The notes beneath the pieces are model-generated. The model was not told the origin of the DNA and did no database searches. It saw only the letters and a program-made list of their open reading frames with translations. A program made the translations under genes and the position numbers. From Candidatus Ozemobacteraceae bacterium (GTDB lineage: Bacteria; Muiribacteriota; Ozemobacteria; Ozemobacterales; Ozemobacteraceae): a stretch of DNA of 64,000 bases. How positions within the stretch are numbered: position 1 is the first letter of the stretch; each line of letters starts with the position of its first letter. Of this stretch, positions 10,006 through 17,641 are shown one piece after another. The stretch covers positions 1,472,001 to 1,536,000 of the forward strand of contig OZ223236.1 in the NCBI GenBank assembly GCA_965140445.1, in the 5' to 3' direction.

Positions 10006-11214
10006 ATGACTAAATATACTGTAAAAGTTCAGAACTCCGATGGAACCATTGACCTTGTCTCAGTCGAGGCTAATGATACCAATGAAGCTATGGAGCAATT
10101 AAACCAGCAAGGTAGATTGGCCATAGATGCGACTGAAGAGCCTGAAGTTTCTTTCAGTTTCTCTTTTGGAAGAGTTCCAGATTCAGAGTTGTATCACTTT
10201 ACAAGGCTGTTTGCCACTTTAACCAGGGCTGGTGTTCCCATTCTTGAAACTCTGGAGATGCTTGTTGACAGGGTAAATAACGCCAAAATGCAACAGGGCT
10301 TGCGAGAAATTGCACAGAATGTAAAAGCGGGAACGGGGTTGACCCCATCGTTTGCAAAACAGAACAGTATTTTTGATAAAACTTATCTGCAGCTTCTTGA
10401 GGTCGGTGAAGAATCCGGAAACCTCCCGCAGGTGCTTGATCGAATAACTCAACTTCTTAGAAAACGTATTCAGTTGCGCAGTATGATTGTTAAAGCTCTT
10501 ACCTACCCAATGCTGGTAATGGTTTTATCAGCCGTGGTTGTTACTGCTATCTTGATTAAGATTGTTCCGCGGTTTAAAGACATTTATTCAAAATTTGGTG
10601 GCGAGTTGCCATTCATAACTAAACTTACCCTTGGTGCCAGCGATGTATTAATTGGATATTTTCCGATTGTTCTGGTTGCTGCAGTAATTTTTCTTATATT
10701 ATTTACCCTCGGAAAGAAAACCGAAGTTGGGAAGAGGCTTTATGACCGGTTGATTCTTAGTTTGCCCTTGCTGGGGCAGATGTTTCACACTTACGAGATT
10801 GCCGGTTTTTCAAAAAGTTTCTCAATGCTTGTTCACAGCGGAATAACTGTTACTGGCGCTTTGGATCTTATTCAGCATGCGGTTGAACGTTATCAGATCA
10901 GCGAAGCTTTAAAGCAAGCCAATGATTTAATAAAGAATGGGAAGAGCATTTCAGACAGTTTTGATGCTCAAGCACCATGGCTACCCGAATTACTCAATAG
11001 AATGGTCGCAGTAGGTGAAAGAAGCGGAAACTTGCCTGAGATGCTGGATCATGTTGCAGATTTTTACGAAGAAGAGTTTAATAATAAGGTCGAGACGCTT
11101 GCTTCGCTTATTGAACCAATGCTGATTGTGTTCCTTGGAGTAGTTATCGGGGGAATCGTTGTTTCTCTTTATCTGCCGATCTTCGGAATGGCCAGATTAA
11201 TTTCGCAGAGGTAG
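10006..11214 (+). CDS. gspF: GspF/PilC inner-membrane platform protein
   Basis: FTRLFATLTRAGVPILETL, VGEESGNL, KALTYP, VGERSGNLPEML, LIEPMLIVFLG, LYLPIF. Confidence 0.93.
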   Translation: MTKYTVKVQNSDGTIDLVSVEANDTNEAMEQLNQQGRLAIDATEEPEVSFSFSFGRVPDSELYHFTRLFATLTRAGVPILETLEMLVDRVNNAKMQQGLREIAQNVKAGTGLTPSFAKQNSIFDKTYLQLLEVGEESGNLPQVLDRITQLLRKRIQLRSMIVKALTYPMLVMVLSAVVVTAILIKIVPRFKDIYSKFGGELPFITKLTLGASDVLIGYFPIVLVAAVIFLILFTLGKKTEVGKRLYDRLILSLPLLGQMFHTYEIAGFSKSFSMLVHSGITVTGALDLIQHAVERYQISEALKQANDLIKNGKSISDSFDAQAPWLPELLNRMVAVGERSGNLPEMLDHVADFYEEEFNNKVETLASLIEPMLIVFLGVVIGGIVVSLYLPIFGMARLISQR

Positions 11215-11219
11215 CAGGA

Positions 11220-12563
11220 ATGGAAATCGCGGAAATTCGCCAGTTGATCAGGCTTGGCAAGCCCAAGCTAATTCTCCATGCGCTTTTTGAATGGGAGAAG
11301 AGTTTTCCTAACGAGCCAGAGCCGCTAATTGATGTTCTCAAATGCGAAAATCAGGAAGTTCTTGAAGTGGCTTTTATCTTTGCTGCCAAAATACAGCCTT
11401 TAGCTTGCGCTCCTTTCGTGATAAATCATCTTAAGAATTCTAACCACACAATAAGGCGTCTTGCCGTTCAGGCTCTCGTTCCTGAAATGGGAAAGTCTGT
11501 TTTTGAAGCGCTTAGATCTCTTTTACGATCAGAGAAAAATGAATATGTCCTGGCTTCTGCTGTTACTGCTGCTGCCAGACTAAATCAGCCGATTCAGATA
11601 ATTCAGGAATTTTTAAAGCATAAAGACATTCGTGTAAGGGCAAACACAGTTAGAGCTATTGCCAAAATTGGTTGTGCAAAATTGCGTGAATTGATTGAAC
11701 CTTGTTTAAAAGATAAAGCTCTTCGTGTGCAAAACGAAGCTATTAAAGCCTTATTGGGAATGATTCCAAATTCAGATCTTGAGGCCTTGCTCCGAAAACG
11801 TTTGAAGTCACCTGAAGTGAGCGTCAGAGCTTCGACAGCGTTTCTTATCGGAGAATTGGAAATTCCTCAACGAATTCAACTCCTAACCATAGCAATGGGT
11901 GATAATGAGTTAAGTGTAAGATTATGTGCTGGAAGGGCAATCTTGGCAACCAATGACCCAGATGGCATTAGCTTTGTTCTCGAAAGTTATTTCGAAAAAG
12001 ATGATTATGAATTTTCAGCTGGAATCAGGATGGATATTTTAAAACTTCCGGTTAATTTTATCAAATCAGCAATAGAAGAACTGGGAGAGCCAGAAACAAT
12101 TGATTTTAAAAGGGCAAAGCTTGTTTTAAACCTCATTCAAAAAATCCCGGACAAAGAGCCTTTTTTGCATTGGATTATCGCTTCAACAGGCAGAAATGAA
12201 GTTGAATTGAGAAAGATTGGCTTTTTAATTGTTGCTGAAAAAATTGAATTTTTCCAAAGTAGATTAGATTCTCTACTGGAAAAAGCAGATAGATTTGCTG
12301 CACCAGACGACAAAGCTATGGCTAATTACGTGCGATGGAAAGCCGGGAATACATTGGGATTAGAGAACCTTAAAGAAATGGTGAATTCAGGAAAACCAGT
12401 CATGATAAGAGCAGCTTACGAGATTTTAAGTATAGATAAGTCTTTGATTGCCCGTGAAATTATTTCTGAAGCTAAAAAAAGTGGTTACATTGCCAGTGTA
12501 GAAACGAAGCCTGAAGATAAAGATTCGGACCTGTTAAAGCCCATTAAATTGCCAAAGTTTTAA
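11220..12563 (+). CDS. HEAT-repeat protein
   Basis: Repeated HEAT/PBS-lyase-like units: IRRLAVQAL, VRANTVRAI, VQNEAIKAL, VRASTAFLIG, VRLCAGRAI. Confidence 0.8.
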   Translation: MEIAEIRQLIRLGKPKLILHALFEWEKSFPNEPEPLIDVLKCENQEVLEVAFIFAAKIQPLACAPFVINHLKNSNHTIRRLAVQALVPEMGKSVFEALRSLLRSEKNEYVLASAVTAAARLNQPIQIIQEFLKHKDIRVRANTVRAIAKIGCAKLRELIEPCLKDKALRVQNEAIKALLGMIPNSDLEALLRKRLKSPEVSVRASTAFLIGELEIPQRIQLLTIAMGDNELSVRLCAGRAILATNDPDGISFVLESYFEKDDYEFSAGIRMDILKLPVNFIKSAIEELGEPETIDFKRAKLVLNLIQKIPDKEPFLHWIIASTGRNEVELRKIGFLIVAEKIEFFQSRLDSLLEKADRFAAPDDKAMANYVRWKAGNTLGLENLKEMVNSGKPVMIRAAYEILSIDKSLIAREIISEAKKSGYIASVETKPEDKDSDLLKPIKLPKF

Positions 12564-13040
12564 TTACCAGAGTTCGTAGGCAATTCCATTTAATCCGGTT
12601 CCCGCCGATGGTGGGCAACGAATATCCACAATAGGGCCAGTTATGGTTGTGGTGGGATCAGTTATTTCAACCCAGATATCTCCTGTTCCAGTCAGTGAAG
12701 TTTTTGCCGAAACCTCCCACTTTGTTTCATTAAACATTGGATTCAAAGGAAATCTGCGCAGATAAAATCCACCGCCAGCCATAGGCGTGGTTAATAAAGC
12801 ACTCATTGTGTTAGGAAAGCTGAGATTATCCTGGTGATACTTGTCGAGAGCACCGCGCATTTCTAAAAGGTTTTCTCGCATTCGGTCTTCATTTTTTCTT
12901 TGATTAATAATGTCCGCTGTCTGAAAAGTGACAAGCGAGAAAAGTAAAATAAGACCAGTTACTATAACTACTTCGACGAGGGTGAAGGCGGAGCGGTTCA
13001 AGGGTGAAAGATTAGTAGGTAACTTTGGGTGTGATGCCAT
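12564..13040 (-). CDS. Type II secretion/type IV pseudopilin (GspG-like)
   Basis: Prepilin motif RSA|FTLVEVVIV; LLEMRGALDKYHQDNLSFP...YLRRFPLNPM; true start may be TTG at 13001. Confidence 0.82.
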   Translation of the reverse strand: MASHPKLPTNLSPLNRSAFTLVEVVIVTGLILLFSLVTFQTADIINQRKNEDRMRENLLEMRGALDKYHQDNLSFPNTMSALLTTPMAGGGFYLRRFPLNPMFNETKWEVSAKTSLTGTGDIWVEITDPTTTITGPIVDIRCPPSAGTGLNGIAYELW

Positions 13041-13713
13041 CTGGTCTGGTATCTAGTCCAGATTTTCCATCTTGGGATGATATGGTTCCAACAGCCACAT
13101 TGTGTGTTCCTGCCACCAAAGCAGGTGCGATAGTAAATCTATATATTGTGTCTGAAATTTTTTGGGCTGTTCCTGCTCCAGTGCTTGGTCCAACTGTGAC
13201 CGTGCCCACAGTTACTGTGTTTATCTTACGGCTAAATGAAATCTCAACTGTTGTAGCATTAATCATTCTTGCGTTTGAAATTATAAATGGTGGTTTCCAA
13301 GTCACTAATATGTCGTCATCTACAGCTACACGAGCTGTAACATCGGTTGTGTCTATTGTGCTATCTGGTCCAGCTGAAATTATTGTGCCAGCAGCTGGTC
13401 TAACCACATACGGGACTCCCCAGGGGTCATTTGGCATGGCTTGTCCTGTGTAGGTTCGAAAGTCCTGCATATATTTTCCAATTAATGGAAGCATTCCAAG
13501 TGTCGCTGGTGATGGGTTAAACATCGTAGGTTCCAACTGATCATACATCGCAAGAGCCTTTTTGAATGTCTGGAGATCGGCTTCTGCGGCGGTCAGTTTT
13601 GATTGGTTAACGTAATCCTGATAAAACGGCAACGCCAATGCAACAAGAGCTGCAAGAATCCCAACCACCACCAATAATTCCAGTAGGGTAAACCCTGATT
13701 TTTTATCTCTCAC
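13012..13713 (-). CDS. GspG-like major pseudopilin with an extra C-terminal Ig-like domain
   Basis: KSG|FTLLELLVVVGIL; GspG signature DPWGVPY...IISAGPD...DDI; C-terminal beta-rich extension. Confidence 0.87.
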   Translation of the reverse strand: MRDKKSGFTLLELLVVVGILAALVALALPFYQDYVNQSKLTAAEADLQTFKKALAMYDQLEPTMFNPSPATLGMLPLIGKYMQDFRTYTGQAMPNDPWGVPYVVRPAAGTIISAGPDSTIDTTDVTARVAVDDDILVTWKPPFIISNARMINATTVEISFSRKINTVTVGTVTVGPSTGAGTAQKISDTIYRFTIAPALVAGTHNVAVGTISSQDGKSGLDTRPDGITPKVTY

Positions 13714-13796
13714 GACATTTTGTATCGGTTTGCCGATTTCCTTTCATTGTTTCTCCAGACGGTGAGTAACGAATTGTTTATAATAATCCACAAGAC

Positions 13797-13824
13797 CTAT
13801 CGGCCAACATGATTAATACCTTTA
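13797..13824 (-). promoter_or_regulatory. Putative sigma28-like promoter for the pseudopilin genes
   Basis: Minus strand TAAA-N16-GCCGATAG. Confidence 0.45.
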
Positions 13825-13862
13825 GTGTTTTTTTTCTCTCATTTATAAGATATATTCAGAGT

Positions 13863-14765
13863 ATGGGTAAGCGAAGCGGATTTGTTTTATTAAGCCTATT
13901 GTTGTTCTTCACTGTTTTGATGTTATCTTCAACTGTTGGCGTTCTCGAAAGAGACACCGGCTTGAAGCGATTCAGCGAAGAAGATCTGCGCGCGAACCTT
14001 GGAGCAATACGCCGAGGAATCGACCTGTATCGCTATAAATACACTGTTACTGCCCCGGACCCAGTCAAAATTGCTGCTTTAGATACTGCTCTGAATACTG
14101 GCGTTGCAACTGAAGTCGCAAACGTTCTTGCCAACGAAAGTTTTATCAGAGCAAGAATTGCTACTGGTTCAATGAAATGGCTCATGGTAACAAATCTTGT
14201 TCAGAATCCAAGTTTTGAAGACGATTCTGGGAAAATCGACTATGGCACCGTGGGAGCCTGGCGAGGCAATTTTACTGCCGATGATGGCGTTCCAGATGGC
14301 TGGAAACTAAATGTTGATGGTGCTGAGCAGATGATTAATATAACCACTAACGCAACCTATATTATCAGCTTTTGGGCCAGATGCGACAATGCCAATGCCA
14401 GAGCCAGATTAAAGATCTGGGATGGTGGAGCACTTCCTGTTTGTGATCTGGTCGCTGATCAGCAAATCTGGAAAAGGTATTACACTTTTTTTGATGTTAC
14501 CGCTGCCCCAATTGAACTAAAACTTGAGCTAGTTCAGGCAGGTTTAAATTCTGGCGACAAGGTTTATGTAGATGGAATAATGCTTGAAAAGTGGGAAGCT
14601 CCTGCAGGGCTTCCTGCCAGTTTTAAGCCACTACCTTCAGCATGGACTGCAGACTTCAATGTAATCCCCGCACAAGCAAATCAAGTTCTACAGGAGCGCC
14701 TTTTTAAAGAGCTAATTCCTCCCGCAGCAGATCCATCAAGTTTTTCATGGTGGTTTCAGTGGTAG
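13863..14765 (+). CDS. GspK/PilX-like minor pilin (no Glu5) with a carbohydrate-binding-module-like domain
   Basis: MGKRSG|FVLLSLLLFF prepilin-like N-terminus (ATG 13863 preferred over 13809); NLVQNPSFE...PDGW...YIISFWAR...VYVDGIMLE resembles the CBM4/9 galactose-binding fold. Confidence 0.65.
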   Translation: MGKRSGFVLLSLLLFFTVLMLSSTVGVLERDTGLKRFSEEDLRANLGAIRRGIDLYRYKYTVTAPDPVKIAALDTALNTGVATEVANVLANESFIRARIATGSMKWLMVTNLVQNPSFEDDSGKIDYGTVGAWRGNFTADDGVPDGWKLNVDGAEQMINITTNATYIISFWARCDNANARARLKIWDGGALPVCDLVADQQIWKRYYTFFDVTAAPIELKLELVQAGLNSGDKVYVDGIMLEKWEAPAGLPASFKPLPSAWTADFNVIPAQANQVLQERLFKELIPPAADPSSFSWWFQW

Positions 14766-14776
14766 ATTACCCCTCT

Positions 14777-17641
14777 CTATGGGGTCTTTAAGATTAAAGA
14801 TCTGCCTTCTGTTGGCGAATCAGTTTTGGTTCTGTCGGTTCCGTATTTGTTTTGACCAGAGTATTCATCATAGGTATCAACGGGATAAGTGCTGTCATCC
14901 TTTAAACCTGTGTGGATGACGAAACCTGGATAAAAGTCAATTGTTTCAGTAAATTCAGAGCTTGTATTGCCTACTTTATCTCTGAATTTCATATGAATAG
15001 TTTTGGTTCCAGGAACCGAATCAAGCACCCAAGGGTATGAGGCTGGATCATTTGCTGGAAGATCCCATGTTGTCCACGAAACCCCATCATTGCTTATAGT
15101 CGCTGAAGCAACACCACTTGGATCGTCTATGGTTAAGGTAATAAAAACAGTTTCTGTGGCGGTGGTTAATTCTGAAAGATTTGCTCCAGGCTTCTTGTTT
15201 ATATAAAACATTTTTCCCGTTGTCGGATTTGGAGCGCTCATGTCTACTCTTATTCCATTTGATCTGGCAGCAAAAGCACTTTCTCTACCAGCATTATCTT
15301 TCACCAGTATTCGGGCGTAATAAGTTGAACCATCAGCTCCAAATTTATACAAATATGATGTAACCGTAGTTCCAAGCCAAACATCAGTTGCAATAGCAGT
15401 GAATCCATTGTCCGTCGCAACCTGAATCCTTACGTCTGCTACACCTGAAACAGCATCAGAGTGGCTAAAAGAGAAATATAAGTTTGTATCAATTGATATT
15501 TCATCATTAGGGTCATTATTGCCGCCGACAATATCTGTTGTTGCATTGGCTGTAGGAGCTGTTTGGTCAAGAGTTATTCCATCCGTTGTAAACCAACCTG
15601 AGATATTCCCGGCTATGTCTTCAAATTTTGCTCTGGCATAAATTTTATCTCCATCTGCAGCCCCTACGCTTGTGGTTAAAGCGCCAGAGGTATTGCTCAG
15701 CCAGCTGGCGTAGAGTGTGTTGGTAAATGCTGTTTCAGTTGCTATTTCTACGTAAACATTCTTTACCCCTGAAAGATCATCTGAAAGAGAAGTTGGCACA
15801 AATGAAACACTGGTATCTCTTGTCCAGACATAATCCGGGTCAGCATTTAAGGCCGTATTGTCGGTGTAATTTGTAGCTGATGGCGCATTAGAATCCTGAA
15901 TTGAATTGACTGAACCAGAAAAGGCAGAAACATTTCCAACTGCATCTTTACTTTGAACCCTGAAATAATAAGTTGTTCCATGGGTTAAACCACTGAAAGT
16001 ATGTGTGGGGTTTGAAATCCATCCAGAGCTTACCAGGCTGGCTGTAAAACCAGTATTTGTAGCGCTTTGGAAGTTATACAAAACTCCACCAGAGAGCGCG
16101 TCTGTTACAGCTGCGCAACTAACTATATTAGCTGTTCCTGATGAGTAAGTTGGCTCGGCTGACATGGTTGGCACGGGTGGAGCCGCAGTATCTACGATAA
16201 TACCGTTACTACTGCTAACTGTAGAAGTGCCTCCGTTATTGTAAATTCGAACATTTATCCAGTATTGAGTCCCGTTTGTCAGGGCTAAACCTGTTGCTGT
16301 ATTGCTTAGAGCAATTCCAAGGTTTGTCCAGGTAACAACGTCAGCAGCTCCTGCACTTGTTCCTGCTGAAAACTCGTAGCGATTAATTCCAGAATCAGAA
16401 TCATTACTGGCTGTCCAGGTTGCATGTAACTGCGTGCTGTTTCCAGTGTAATTGCCGTCATCTGTTACGATTACAGGATCAGGAGGAGTAGGATCTCCAG
16501 CTTTTATTCCATCTGAATTACCAAATGCGGATATGTTTCCAGCCTTATCTATTGCACAAACAGTGAAGTAATAGAGGGTTGAACCGCCGATGTCAAGTGA
16601 CAGGCTGCTGAAAGTTGTTTCTGTTGCCACGCCAACATTTACTTCGGCGACTGTATCTCCAGCACCAGCAGATGTGCCGACTTTTACCAGATAATAGCTG
16701 ATTCCTGTCTGAGCATCAGAGCTTGTCCAGCTTGCATGGAGCTTATCTATAAATGGCGAATAAGTGCCGTCATCGGTAACTGAAGGGGTAGTAGGCACAA
16801 TTGTATCCACACATGTTGAGCTTGTAAAAACTGCCGATTCATTACCTAGAGAGTCATAATATTTTACCTGAACGGTGTGAGTTGCAAAACCACTGGCCAC
16901 ATTCCAATCATATGCCGGACTATAGGCTTGACTCACAAATGCGCCTCCATCCAAAGAAAGAGCCATCAAGTTTACTCCGCTTCCGTCGCTTGCAGATAAG
17001 TTTAAAGATAGGGTTCCGGTTGCACTAAATGGAGCGGGGGTGACTGTTACTCCACCAAGTGGCCCAGTCGTATCAAGAATAATATCGTCTGTAAAAATAC
17101 CAATGTTACCAACCGTGTCTCGGTAACGAGCATAAACAACTTTTGTACCATCTCCAGTCGATAAAGACCAGTTTTGCGTAGTTCCATATGGGACCCAGGC
17201 ACTCCAGGTAATATTGTCGTTACTGAAAGACATATCTGCAACGCCTTGATCATCAGTTGCTGAAAGGGTTAATGAAACGGACTCTGTTCCTGTGCGAGCT
17301 GCTCCCGAATTGATTGAAATTGTGCCGAGTGGGGCAGTAGTATCTACTTTTACCGAAACGCTTGTTGCACCAAAATCTCCAACATTGCCAGCACCATCAA
17401 CCGCTCTGACTCTAAATGTGTAGTCCCCTTGAGCTAGCCCGGAGGTTAAAAATCCTGTTGTTGTGGTAGAGGCTAAATAGACATATGGAGCTGCGTTTAA
17501 GCTATATTGAATCTCATATTCTGCAATCCCAGATTCTGCCGGGTCCGTTGAAGCTGACCATATCAGGTTGAACACACCATTGTTATTGAGCGTGTTATCT
17601 GGAATTGGTTGTCCTGGTGGATTTGGGGGGTATCGATCCAA
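14777..17641 (-). CDS. C-terminal part of the giant Ig/FN3 surface protein (frameshifted continuation of 17659..24696)
   Basis: Multiple FN3/Ig-like modules (FRVRAVDGAGNVG, VYARYRDTVGN, YYFRVQSKDAVGN); no SD or signal peptide at the TTG; sequence continues the upstream repeat. Confidence 0.8.
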   Translation of the reverse strand: MDRYPPNPPGQPIPDNTLNNNGVFNLIWSASTDPAESGIAEYEIQYSLNAAPYVYLASTTTTGFLTSGLAQGDYTFRVRAVDGAGNVGDFGATSVSVKVDTTAPLGTISINSGAARTGTESVSLTLSATDDQGVADMSFSNDNITWSAWVPYGTTQNWSLSTGDGTKVVYARYRDTVGNIGIFTDDIILDTTGPLGGVTVTPAPFSATGTLSLNLSASDGSGVNLMALSLDGGAFVSQAYSPAYDWNVASGFATHTVQVKYYDSLGNESAVFTSSTCVDTIVPTTPSVTDDGTYSPFIDKLHASWTSSDAQTGISYYLVKVGTSAGAGDTVAEVNVGVATETTFSSLSLDIGGSTLYYFTVCAIDKAGNISAFGNSDGIKAGDPTPPDPVIVTDDGNYTGNSTQLHATWTASNDSDSGINRYEFSAGTSAGAADVVTWTNLGIALSNTATGLALTNGTQYWINVRIYNNGGTSTVSSSNGIIVDTAAPPVPTMSAEPTYSSGTANIVSCAAVTDALSGGVLYNFQSATNTGFTASLVSSGWISNPTHTFSGLTHGTTYYFRVQSKDAVGNVSAFSGSVNSIQDSNAPSATNYTDNTALNADPDYVWTRDTSVSFVPTSLSDDLSGVKNVYVEIATETAFTNTLYASWLSNTSGALTTSVGAADGDKIYARAKFEDIAGNISGWFTTDGITLDQTAPTANATTDIVGGNNDPNDEISIDTNLYFSFSHSDAVSGVADVRIQVATDNGFTAIATDVWLGTTVTSYLYKFGADGSTYYARILVKDNAGRESAFAARSNGIRVDMSAPNPTTGKMFYINKKPGANLSELTTATETVFITLTIDDPSGVASATISNDGVSWTTWDLPANDPASYPWVLDSVPGTKTIHMKFRDKVGNTSSEFTETIDFYPGFVIHTGLKDDSTYPVDTYDEYSGQNKYGTDRTKTDSPTEGRSLILKTP

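Noticed and set aside
13809..13862. N-terminal extension of the minor pilin ORF from ATG 13809
   Set aside because: Runs through AT-rich promoter-like sequence; ATG 13863 gives a typical short prepilin leader
12564..14765. Possible invertible pilin cassette (pilin genes in mixed orientations)
   Set aside because: I found no flanking inverted repeats by eye and no recombinase gene in the window
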